Of a stretch of DNA of 64,000 nt, positions 10,312 to 20,852 are shown piece by piece. Each line of letters starts with the position of its first letter. Within the stretch, counting starts at the first letter, position 1. Made by a program: the position numbers and the translations under genes. The notes beneath the pieces were generated by a model. That model was not told the DNA's origin and made no database searches. It saw nothing but the letters and a program-made list of their open reading frames with translations. This DNA is from Acidobacteriota bacterium (GTDB taxonomy: Bacteria; Acidobacteriota; Vicinamibacteria; Vicinamibacterales; UBA2999), in NCBI GenBank assembly GCA_046727855.1, contig JBKPDL010000068.1, forward strand, positions 2,216 through 66,215, read 5' to 3'.

Positions 10312-11493
10312 TCAATGAACATGGTGATGAATCGCGTTCGCAAGCCCCGGATCGTTCAACGGCAGCAGCGGACGCGCGCGCAACTGAATCGCAAACAACG
10401 CCAGGAAGATGCCGCCAAGCGCAATCGGCAGCGCCACGTCGAGAAGGCTGACGCTGAACTCTTCGTGGAACTCGGGCGCGACGTACCAGAAGTAATCGAT
10501 GATGCGAATGAACACGAGCCACGCCGCGATCACGCGCAGCCGATTCACGTCGCGCTTGACGTCGCGTGACAACAGCAGCGCGTAGGGCACGGCGAAGTGA
10601 AGAAGAATGAGCGCCACGCCAAGCCATTCGTAGCCGTTGTGCATGCGCCTGACGTAGTGCGGGATTTCCTCGATCGTGTTCGCCGACCAGATGATGAGGA
10701 ACTGCGAGAACGACAGATAGGCCCACAACATCAGGAACGCAAACAGGAGCTTGCCGAGATCGTGGAGATGATGCCTGGTCACGACCGCGTCGAGCGGCGG
10801 ATACTGCGACAGCACGATCAACACGACAATCGCAAAGGCGAGCGCGGACAACCCTTGACCGACCAGAAACAGCAATCCCCAAATGGTCGAGAACCAGTGC
10901 GGGTTGAGCGACATCACCCAATCGACCATCGCGAACGTGAGGATGAGCCCATGCATCACCAGTCCGGCGCCGGAGAGCCGCGCCAGCTTGGAGACCAGAC
11001 GCGGGTCGCCGGTGCGATCCTGCTCGGCCGACCAGCGATTGAGCAGCAGCGCCATGCCCGACCAGATCAGCCAGTAGACAATCTGCCGGATGTAGAAAAA
11101 CGTCGGGTTCAGATACGCCGACTTCTCCCTGATGATCGGATCGTTGGCGGCTTCCGGCGTGCTCCAGTGATAGAGGTGGCCCATGCCGAACAGAATCGGG
11201 ACAAACAGCACGGCCATGAACGGAATCGTTCGCGTCGCCGCTTCCAGGGAGCGCCGGATGACCAGGCCCCAGGCGCCGCCGGTGAGGTGAATCACCATCA
11301 GAATGGCGAGACTCCCCAGCGACACACCGGCCCAGAAAATGTAGGCGACGAGATACGCTTCGAAGAAGCGATCGACCCCCGAAATCACGGACCCGAGAAT
11401 CGTGAGCACGACGCCGACGAGTGCGGCGCCCATTCCAAGCCGCTGCAGGCCGGACAGGTTCTCGGGCGGTTGAAAGGACTCACTCGTGGCCAT
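10312..11493 (-). CDS. actF: ACIII subunit ActF (NrfD-like polytopic membrane protein)
   Basis: 393 aa and very hydrophobic. It occupies the position after actE in the actABCDEF order. The start overlaps the actE stop (TAATG). Confidence 0.8.
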   Translation of the reverse strand: MATSESFQPPENLSGLQRLGMGAALVGVVLTILGSVISGVDRFFEAYLVAYIFWAGVSLGSLAILMVIHLTGGAWGLVIRRSLEAATRTIPFMAVLFVPILFGMGHLYHWSTPEAANDPIIREKSAYLNPTFFYIRQIVYWLIWSGMALLLNRWSAEQDRTGDPRLVSKLARLSGAGLVMHGLILTFAMVDWVMSLNPHWFSTIWGLLFLVGQGLSALAFAIVVLIVLSQYPPLDAVVTRHHLHDLGKLLFAFLMLWAYLSFSQFLIIWSANTIEEIPHYVRRMHNGYEWLGVALILLHFAVPYALLLSRDVKRDVNRLRVIAAWLVFIRIIDYFWYVAPEFHEEFSVSLLDVALPIALGGIFLALFAIQLRARPLLPLNDPGLANAIHHHVH

Positions 11494-12137
11494 TAGCGTT
11501 CCAATTCCCCGCGCTTATCCGCCGGGACGTCGTCGATCTTCGCGTTCTGACTGAGTTGCAGCGCGCGGACGTAGGCGGCAATCAGCCACCGATCGCGGAC
11601 CGGCACCTGCTCGGCATAACCCTGCATCGCACCAAACCCGTTGGTGATGACGTCGAAGAAATAGCCGATTCGTTCCTGGCGGAGTCGATCGTTGTGATAC
11701 GACGCGGCCTGGCGGAGCCCGCGCTGCACCACCATGCCGTTGCCGTCGCCGAGCCGTCCGTGGCAGGGCGAGCAGTAGATGTTGAAGCGCTGCTGTCCGC
11801 GCTTGAGATCGTCGTGCGTGATCGCCATCGGGATGGTGTCGACGACCTGGCCGTCGACCTTGCCCGTGTAGAGCGCTTCATCTGCGCGCAACCAGCCGCG
11901 CGCGACCGTGCCGGCCGGTGGAGTGCGCGATCCGCGGGCATCGGGGAAAAAGCTGTTTGCCTCGAACGGCTCGATGCGCGGCGCGTTGTGCATGTCCTGG
12001 CGGCAGCCCGCGAACAGGGCGATCAGCAGCAGCAACGCCAAGGCGCGGTCGACGCCGAGCCCCGCTCCCGCCGGTATGCGCGGAATCTCGGGAGTGGGGC
12101 CGGGCTTCAGCCCCGCCAACCTACGCAGGAACGTCAT
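11493..12137 (-). CDS. actE: ACIII subunit ActE (lipoprotein mono-heme cytochrome c)
   Basis: 214 aa with lipobox LFAGC and a single CSPCH. GGGGAG lies upstream of ATG 12137. Overlaps the actD end by 17 nt. Confidence 0.85.
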   Translation of the reverse strand: MTFLRRLAGLKPGPTPEIPRIPAGAGLGVDRALALLLLIALFAGCRQDMHNAPRIEPFEANSFFPDARGSRTPPAGTVARGWLRADEALYTGKVDGQVVDTIPMAITHDDLKRGQQRFNIYCSPCHGRLGDGNGMVVQRGLRQAASYHNDRLRQERIGYFFDVITNGFGAMQGYAEQVPVRDRWLIAAYVRALQLSQNAKIDDVPADKRGELER

Positions 12138-12690
12138 AGACTCCCCTTGCGCCGAGCCCGCGAAGGAACTCCGCGGTCAGTGACCGATCGAATCGCGGAT
12201 CGTCCGCCTCAATGACCAGGAAAAACTTGTCCGAGCTCGCCATCGAAAACCGCGGCACGTTGAACACCGGGTGATACGGCTGCGGCAGGCCGTTGGCGAT
12301 GATCATGAAAAACGTCGCCGTCAGCGCGGAGAACAGAATCGTCAGCTCGTACGACGGCACGACGAACGACGGCCAGCTCGCGAACGGGCGGCCGCCGATG
12401 TTCATCGGGTACTCGAGCACTGCGGCCCAGTACTGCAGCGCGAACCCGGTCGCCATGCCAGCGAGTCCGCCTATCAGCGTCGCCAGCGGCAGCCGCGTGC
12501 GCCTGATGTGGATGATCGTGTTGAGCTCCTCGACCGGCACCGGCGTGTACGCCTCGAACCGGGTGAAGCCCTCTGCCGCCGCCCGGCGCGCCGCATCCAC
12601 GCACGCCTGCGCGGTCTCGAACTCCGCCATCACCCCGTGAAGCGCGCCGTGTTCTACCAGCGCGCGTTCGATCCGTTCACCTTGGTCCAT
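12121..12690 (-). CDS. actD: ACIII subunit ActD (DUF3341-like, C-terminal TM helices)
   Basis: ATG 12690 is preceded by GAGG at 6 nt and begins 7 nt after the actC stop. The ORF-track GTG at 12714 would overlap actC. Sequence HGVMAEFETAQACVDAARRAAAEGFTRFEAYTPVPVEEL is typical for ActD as I recall it. Confidence 0.75.
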   Translation of the reverse strand: MDQGERIERALVEHGALHGVMAEFETAQACVDAARRAAAEGFTRFEAYTPVPVEELNTIIHIRRTRLPLATLIGGLAGMATGFALQYWAAVLEYPMNIGGRPFASWPSFVVPSYELTILFSALTATFFMIIANGLPQPYHPVFNVPRFSMASSDKFFLVIEADDPRFDRSLTAEFLRGLGARGVYDVPA

Positions 12691-12697
12691 GGCTACC

Positions 12698-14118
<1,421 letters not shown>

Positions 14119-14119
<1 letters not shown>

Positions 14120-17100
14120 CAGTGCTTCTCGCCTTCGCGCTGGTTCTCACTCGGGCCGTGCATCTCGACGGCATGGCCGCCGACCGCACCCGCCCACGGC
14201 AGCGCGGGATTCGGATTTCTCACCGCCGCCAGATACGTGGTCCGCGGCCGGGTATTGAGGTCTTCGAGCAGCGCGTAGTTGCGCTCGGTCCTTTTCAACT
14301 GCGTCACGCGGCTGTTCGGATCGAGCACGTTGCCGAACACGATGGCGTCGGTCGGACACACCGACTGGCACGCGGTGAGCACGTCGCCGTCGCGGATGTC
14401 GCGCTCTTCGCGCTTGGCCTGGATGCGCGCCGCGTTGATGCGCTGTACGCAGTAGGTGCACTTCTCCATCACGCCGCGGCTTCGCACCGTGACGTCGGGA
14501 TTGCGCTGTAACTGGAACGTGCTCGTATTCCAGTCCTGATACAGCAGGAAGTTGAAGCGCCGCACCTTGTACGGGCAGTTGTTCGAGCAATACCGCGTGC
14601 CGACGCAGCGGTTGTAGACCATGTCGTTGAGGCCTTCGTCGCTGTGTGTGGTGGCGGCAACCGGACAGACGACTTCGCACGGCGCGTTCTCACACTGCTG
14701 GCACGGCAGCGGCTGCCAATACGTGTCCGGGTTATCGAGATCGCCGGTGTAGTAGCGATCGACGCGGAGCCAGTGCATCTCGCGGTTTTTGCCCACCTGC
14801 TCCTTGCCGACGACAGGGATGTTGTTCTCGGCGACGCAGGCCACGACACATGCCCCGCAGCCGGTGCACGTGTTCATGTCGATGGCCATGCCCCACTGCG
14901 GGCTGTTGCTGTAGTCGTACGCAGGATAGAGCGACAGCAGTTTGCCGCCAGGAACGTGCGACATCTCCTGTGCAAACCGTGGATTCTCTTTGTACTCGGC
15001 GAGCGCGTTTGCGCGCACGATGTTGCGGCCTTCGATCGACCAGTGGTCCTGTGTCGTGACCAGACGGTAGTAGTCGCCGGTCTTGCTGACCTCCGCGGCG
15101 CCAAATGACGGTGACGGGCTCCCGCGCAACACGTACGCGTTGAACCCGGTCGCATTCCCGACTCGGCCGGCCCGCGTCCGTCCGTATCCAAGCGTAACGG
15201 TGATGGAATCCTGCGCGTGGCCCGGATTGATGAACACCGGAAGTCGCAGCCGTCGTCCTTCGTGGCGGACTTCGATGATGTCGCCGTTGGAGACATCGAG
15301 CCGTTCTGCCGTACCCGGTGCGATCTGCGCGGCGTTGTCCCACGTCAACTTGGTAACGGGCTTGGGCAGCTCCTGTAACCAGCCGTTGTTCGCAAAGCGG
15401 CCGTCGTAGACCGTCGGGTCGCGGCGGAAATTCACCTCAAAAGCAGGTGCGATCGGTCCGCCTCCGCCGCCCTGAGCTGCGAGCGGAAGCGGCGCGGTCC
15501 CGCCGGAGCTCGCCGGTGATGCATTGCGAGCGGAAGCGGATGCCGCTGGTGCGACAGTTGCGGAGGGGGCGGTCACTGCGGCCGGGGTCGCGATCGCGCG
15601 GGGCACCGCGAGTCCGACTTCGCGTTCCGATCCCGCACCACCCTGCGTGCCGGGCGCGACCGGCGCAACCGTGGCGGCGGAGAAGCCTGTTCCAGGGACG
15701 AATCCGTCGTGCAGCCACTTGCGCCACACGCGCTCGAACTGTGCGGCCGCGCGTTGCTCCGGCGTCATCGGCGGTGGGGCCACTTGCGCGGCAACCGTCG
15801 CGGCGACGTTCTGTTCCGAAGGTTGCGTGCCGCGCGCGCCGGTACCTGCCTGCGCGCCACTGCCAGCGGCCGGTGGGACCGATGGTGTTGCCTGCTGCGC
15901 GCCGGGCGTTGCTGGAGCGCCAGTCAGCGGAACAGACCGTTCACCCGGTGCCGCTTGCGTCTGCGCACCGGCAGCAGTTGCCGCACTGGCGCCCGCCGCG
16001 CCTGACGCGCTCGCAGCTGGTGCAGCTGTTGCACCGGCAGCCAGCGCGCCCTCGGGCGCGTTTGCCATCCAGTATTCCCGCACAACGTCGTAGCCGTTAC
16101 GTTCGGGACGATCCGAGAGTGTCGCAATCAGTTCGTGCGCCGACTTGCCGCCGTACATCGGTTGAATCAGCGGCTGCACGATCGTCACGGTTCCGTCGAA
16201 GCTGCGCGCGTCGCTCCACGCTTCGAGGTAATGCGCTGCGGGGACGTGCCAGTGGCATAGCGTCGCGGTTTCGTCGACGAACAACCCCGAGTGCATCCGC
16301 AGCGCAACCTTCGCCATCGCGTCGGCAAAGTTCAGATCGGCCGGCGCTGTGTATACCGGATTCGACTCGCCGACGATGAGCAGCATCTGCACGCGGCCGG
16401 CCTCCATGTCCGTGACCAGCTCGCGCAACGCGGCATGCTGCTCGGTCGGCACGATCTCCGCGGGCGGCTGATAGCGCACGGTCGCGCCGACATTCCCGAG
16501 CGCCTGATTCATGGCGTGCGCAAGCGCGTGCACGGCGGGCGGCTGCGCGTCGCCGGCAACGACCAGCGACGTGCCGCGATGCGCGGTGAGATCCGCGGTG
16601 ATCGCCTCGACGTACTGTTCAGCGCCGCCAGGCACCACACCTATCGCACCGATCGCACCTGTCGCACCGATCTTTGCGGCGATCGCGCGCGCGAAGCTCT
16701 CGATCTCGCTCGCCTTCATCGGCACGCGATGATCGGCGTTCGCGCCCGTTACCGTCGGCGTTGGCTCTACCGCGTACATGCGGTTCAAACGATCAGGACC
16801 GACGTCGACCCGGCGTCGCGACGCAAATTGACGCGAGTAATACAGATTGGCGCCGCCTTCCGACGCGAGGAAGTCGGCGTGCAGCGAAAGGATGACGTCC
16901 GCTTTCGTGAAGTCGTAGATCGCATGCAGGTATTGCCCCTGCGCGATGCGCGCGCCCGCGCGCGCGTTGTCACGCGTGACCGGCTCCCACTGAATCCACT
17001 TCGCGCCGGGATTGGCGGCCTGCACCTGCTGAATCTGCCGCGCCAGCGTCGGCGAGTTCACGGTCTCAGTAAGGATACGGAGACCCGCTCCCTGCACCGC

Positions 17101-17658
17101 CGACTGCGCCGAGAGTCCCGCGCGTACAGCCGCGATGAACGCACTCCACGGCCGGATCTCTCCGAGTTGTAGGATCGAGGGCGAACGATCGGGGTCGTAG
17201 AGCGTGAGGAGCGACGCCTGCGCGTAGAGATCCGTCGCACCAAGACTCGCGGGATGATCGGGATTGCCTTCGACCTTGGTTGGACGGCCTTCGTGACTTT
17301 CGACGAGCAGGCCCTGCACCTCGCCGCCGAGAGACATGGCAGTGGCGAAAAACAAGGGCCGTCCGGGAATCTCCTCTTCCGGCTGACGCACGTAGGGAAC
17401 GATCAACTCCCTGGGCTGCACGGTGCAGGCCGCGCCCACGCCGGCAAGCGCCAGCGACGCGCTCATCAACTTGAGAAAGCTGCGGCGTCCCACCGGGTCG
17501 AGCCACTCGGTGGCGTTTTGCGGGAACTCGCGATGCAGGTATTCCTGGAACTCCGGCGTTTCGGCGACCGCCTCGAGGCTTCTCCAATAGTGCTTGCCCG
17601 TTGCGCCGCGAAGGCGCGCGCGTAGCGCGCTCAGGTCTGGTGTTCCGGCGTTCTCCAT
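14119..17658 (-). CDS. actB: ACIII subunit ActB (molybdopterin-like domain plus FeS domain) with long Ala/Pro/Gly-rich linker insertions
   Basis: Tat-like GRRSFLKLMSASLALAGVGAC. Contains HEGRPTKVEGNP and FeS clusters CTGCGACVVAC, CQQCENAPCEVVCP and CVGTRYCSNNCP. I prefer ATG 17658 (MENAGTPDLS...) over the TTG at 17685 used by the ORF track. Confidence 0.9.
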
Positions 17659-17672
17659 GTACCCTTTAACCT

Positions 17673-18332
17673 TTACCGGTGACAAACGGAGCAGCTTGTC
17701 AAGTGCTCGATCGTCCCAATCTTGTAGTCCTTGACCAAACGCGCGCCGAGTTGCCGTTGATCTTCGGCGGGCCTGTACCCCATCGTCGTGATCTCCTCAC
17801 GCGGACGCAGATAGGGTGTCGGATCGCGATGGCAGTCGAGGCACCACTCCATCTGCAGCGAGGCCTGCTGCGTCATGAGCGGCATGCGATCGACACGGCC
17901 GTGGCAGGTTTCACAGCCCACGCCCTGCTTCACATGAATGCTGTGATTGAAGTACACGAAGTCGGGCAGATCGTGCACCCGCACCCATTGCAGCGGCTTG
18001 TCGTCGCGGAAACTGGCCCGCACCGGCTCGAGGTACGGGCTGGTCACCCAGATTTGCGAGTGGCAGTTGATGCACGTCTTGGTCGGTGGAATGCCAGCCG
18101 AGGGTGAGACCTCCACCGACGTGTGGCAATACCGGCAGTCGATGCCGATGCCGCCGACGTGATGCTGATGGGAAAACTGGACCGGTTGCTCGACGTTGGT
18201 ATGCGCGGCCGTGACGTAATCCGATCGCTGAATCACGAGCACCAGCCAGCCGAGGCCGAGTACCAAGAATCCAAGGCCAATGATGCTGGCGCGCGACCAC
18301 TGGTTCGCGCCTTTGGGGAAGATCTGCGACAT
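17673..18332 (-). CDS. actA: ACIII subunit ActA (membrane-anchored pentaheme cytochrome c)
   Basis: 219 aa with five CxxCH motifs (CRYCH, CINCH, CETCH, CLDCH, CSVCH) and an N-terminal TM helix. Confidence 0.9.
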   Translation of the reverse strand: MSQIFPKGANQWSRASIIGLGFLVLGLGWLVLVIQRSDYVTAAHTNVEQPVQFSHQHHVGGIGIDCRYCHTSVEVSPSAGIPPTKTCINCHSQIWVTSPYLEPVRASFRDDKPLQWVRVHDLPDFVYFNHSIHVKQGVGCETCHGRVDRMPLMTQQASLQMEWCLDCHRDPTPYLRPREEITTMGYRPAEDQRQLGARLVKDYKIGTIEHLTSCSVCHR

Positions 18333-18500
18333 GTCGTCGGTACACTCCGGCCGGGGTGGGGACCTAACCGGCGTGCGCGCACTCTAGTGCAAGGAAAACC
18401 GGAAAACTGTACCCGCTTTTTCTCGTCCTAGCCACCTTGTGAAATATTTCTCAAGCCCACTTCTATCACAGGGGGAGGGGACTCGTAAAGCGAAGCCCAT

Positions 18501-18537
18501 CCATATGGCGATTTGGTGATTTGGTGAGATGGCGAGG
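18501..18537 (-). repeat. CCAAATC-repeat plus palindrome element (weaker third copy), about 170 nt upstream of actA
   Basis: The minus strand reads CTCACCAAATCACCAAATCGCCATATGG. It has two tandem CCAAATC words followed by the 10-nt palindrome GCCATATGGC. This is the same syntax and the same orientation relative to the downstream gene as 25341..25407 and 31604..31662. Confidence 0.4.
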
Positions 18538-18546
18538 CGAGGTGCT

Positions 18547-18591
18547 GATGTGGCGATGTCGCGCCACATCACAACATCACATCGCCACATC
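18547..18591. terminator. nested inverted repeats downstream of the S9 peptidase gene (candidate terminator or REP-like structure)
   Basis: GATGTGGCG (18547-55) pairs with CGCCACATC (18562-70), giving a 9-bp stem and 6-nt loop. Alternatively, GATGTGGCGATGT (18547-59) is the exact reverse complement of ACATCGCCACATC (18579-91). GCGATGTCGCG and CGCGACATCGC form a further pair extending to about 18609. No U-tract is present. Confidence 0.4.
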
Positions 18592-18608
18592 AACAGGTCG
18601 CGACATCG

Positions 18609-20672
18609 CTACATGCTGGCGCCTGCCGTCGTGGTCGGTTTTGCCGCGGGCTTGTCTTCGCCGGGGACCTTCTCCCAGACATACGCGCGATTGTTGATCC
18701 ACTTCTCGAACCACTCCATCTCCACCTGCAGCTTGAACAGGCGATGACGAAGCTCCGTCCAGCCGTGTCCTTCGCGCGGCGCGACGTAGAGCTTGGTCGG
18801 CACGCCGTTGTACTTCAGCGCGCGATACATCTCCACCGACTGCGGCATCGGGACGCGGGGATCCTGCTCGCCGACAAGGAAGATCGTCGGCGTCTTCACG
18901 TTGGCGACGTTCTTGAGCGGCGAGTGGTTCCAATAGAGCTCGATCGGCGCGTTTTTCTGCCACGGCGTGCCGCCGAACCACGGCGTGCGGAACTCGCGAT
19001 GATCGCTTTGCGCGTACATCGAGATCCAGTTGGCCGCGCCGGCGCCGCTGCTCGCGACCTTGAAGCGATCGGTGAAGGTGATGATCTTGTTGGTCATGTG
19101 GCCGCCAGCGCTCCATCCCATCTTCACGAGCTTGTTGGGATCGGCGAGCCCCATCGCGATCACGGCGTCGGTCCCCGCCATCACGTCCAGGTGCGCCTGC
19201 TTGAAATAGCCGTTCACCATGTCGCGCAGAAACGCGTCGCCGTAGCCGGTGCTGCCGCGGTAGTTCGGACGTAGCACAGCGTAGCCTTTGCCCGCGTACA
19301 CCTGCACGTCGCTGCTGAAGCCAAACTTGTCGGACGCCGCGGGTCCACCGTGCGTATAGACGATCAGCGGATAGCGCTGACCCTGCTGGTAATCGACCGG
19401 GTAATATAAGAGGCCCTCGACTTGCTGACCGTCCTGGCCCTTCCACGTGATCCGTTCCTGACGCGCGATCTTGAACTGCTGATCGACGTAATCGAACACG
19501 CTGGTCACGCGTTTCGGGTCGCCGCCGCTCGCGGCGGGGAGCAGGTGCACCTCGGCGGGCCGTGTCGGCGTGTTGCGCGTGAACACGAGGATATTTGCGC
19601 CGTCCGCGTAGCGCCAGTTGCCGATGTTGTGATCGCCTTTCGTGAGCGGCGTCATCTGTCCGGTCGCCACATCGACACGCAGCAGCTCGTTGTGCACACC
19701 CATGTTGGCAGACGCGAAGAGCGACTTGCCATCCGCCGACCAGACCGCGTTCTCGATCTCGAACGTCGTATTGGGCAGCAGCATCCGCGGCGTGCCTCCA
19801 GTCGCGGGAATCAGAAACAGCTTGTCGTTGTAATAGACGTCGAACTTGTCGTTGGTGCCGGAAGTGAAAACAACCGTGGAGTTGTCGGGTGACAGCGACG
19901 GATTGCCTTCGCCGACTTCGTTCTGGGTGAGCTGCTTCGCGTTGCTGCCGTCGGCGTCACTGACCCACACTTCGGCGAAACGGGAGTGCTCGAGGAGCGG
20001 CGACGGCGCACGTGACATCGCGATCTTCTTTCCATCGTTCGAGAGCTCGTAGGAGGTGACGCTGAAGTCGCCGTCCGTAATCTTCTTGGTCTGGCCGGTC
20101 AAGTCCGTCGTCCACAGATGGCGCTGTTTGAAGTTCGTCTCTTCGAACGTATACACATCGTCCTGGAGGCGATCTTTTTCTTTTTCGTCGGCGCTCTTGG
20201 CGTCGTTTGCCGCAAACCAGATCGCTTTGCCGTCGTGAGCCCACGTGAGGTCGCTCGGCGCCGCGCCGTGATTGGTCAAGCGCCGCGCTTCGCCGCCGTC
20301 CGCCTCGAGCAGATAAATCTGATTGTTCGTGTCGGGGTCACGCCGCGCGGTGAAGGCGATCGTCTTGCCATCGGGCGACCAGCGCGGGCCGGATTCACCG
20401 CGCTCGCCAAACGTGAGTTGCACCTGATTGGAGCCATCGACGTTGATGCGGTAGATGTGACCGACGCGCCGATTGTTCTTCCAGTCGGGCTTCTCCATCA
20501 CAAACAGAATCTGTTTTCCGTCGGGTGAGACCTGCGGATCCGATAGCGTCGGCAACTCGATACTGTCGACGAAAGAAAGCGGACGCTTGCCCTGCGCCAA
20601 GGCGTGTTGCGAAGCCGCCGCCGTGACAAGCGCGGCGATGAGAATGAGCAGGGGGGTACGACGTGGCCGCAT
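18609..20672 (-). CDS. secreted S9 family serine peptidase (prolyl oligopeptidase/acylaminoacyl-peptidase type) with an N-terminal beta-propeller
   Basis: ATG 20672 is preceded by AAGGAG and gives the signal peptide MRPRRTPLLILIAALVTAAASQHALAQ. TolB/WD40-like repeats (SPDG...) are present. Catalytic GWSAGGHM (GxSxGG) lies in the C-terminal alpha/beta-hydrolase part. Confidence 0.85.
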   Translation of the reverse strand: MRPRRTPLLILIAALVTAAASQHALAQGKRPLSFVDSIELPTLSDPQVSPDGKQILFVMEKPDWKNNRRVGHIYRINVDGSNQVQLTFGERGESGPRWSPDGKTIAFTARRDPDTNNQIYLLEADGGEARRLTNHGAAPSDLTWAHDGKAIWFAANDAKSADEKEKDRLQDDVYTFEETNFKQRHLWTTDLTGQTKKITDGDFSVTSYELSNDGKKIAMSRAPSPLLEHSRFAEVWVSDADGSNAKQLTQNEVGEGNPSLSPDNSTVVFTSGTNDKFDVYYNDKLFLIPATGGTPRMLLPNTTFEIENAVWSADGKSLFASANMGVHNELLRVDVATGQMTPLTKGDHNIGNWRYADGANILVFTRNTPTRPAEVHLLPAASGGDPKRVTSVFDYVDQQFKIARQERITWKGQDGQQVEGLLYYPVDYQQGQRYPLIVYTHGGPAASDKFGFSSDVQVYAGKGYAVLRPNYRGSTGYGDAFLRDMVNGYFKQAHLDVMAGTDAVIAMGLADPNKLVKMGWSAGGHMTNKIITFTDRFKVASSGAGAANWISMYAQSDHREFRTPWFGGTPWQKNAPIELYWNHSPLKNVANVKTPTIFLVGEQDPRVPMPQSVEMYRALKYNGVPTKLYVAPREGHGWTELRHRLFKLQVEMEWFEKWINNRAYVWEKVPGEDKPAAKPTTTAGASM

Positions 20673-20770
20673 GGTGAACTCCTTGCGAAAACTGGCCTGA
20701 ATTTCGCGATTGTACGGCAAAACCGGTGCTTTTCGTCCCGCAAATCGTCGTTGGCAACAGTCGAGCCCTC

Positions 20771-20809
20771 TTGACTGAGCGAGCGCGGCGGCGCATAACA
20801 GTCTGTTAT
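20771..20809 (+). promoter_or_regulatory. candidate sigma70-like promoter overlapped by a 15-nt palindrome, upstream of the Oar-like receptor
   Basis: TTGACT (20771-76), a 17-nt spacer, then CATAAC (20794-99). The palindrome ATAACAG-T-CTGTTAT (20795-20809) covers the -10 region. GGAGGA lies upstream of ATG 20853. Confidence 0.35.
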
Positions 20810-20852
20810 TCCCGGTTGTTTACAACCTTTCGCGCTGAACTCTGGCAGGAGG

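Noticed and set aside
18333-18500. FNR/CRP-type site or clear sigma70 promoter upstream of actA
   Set aside because: Only weak hexamer matches (TTGAGA...TAGGAC, TTGCAC...TTAGGT) were found, plus a TGTGA...TCACA pair with the wrong spacing (22 nt). The GCACT-AG-AGTGC and GTGCGCGCAC palindromes were noted but are too short to call.
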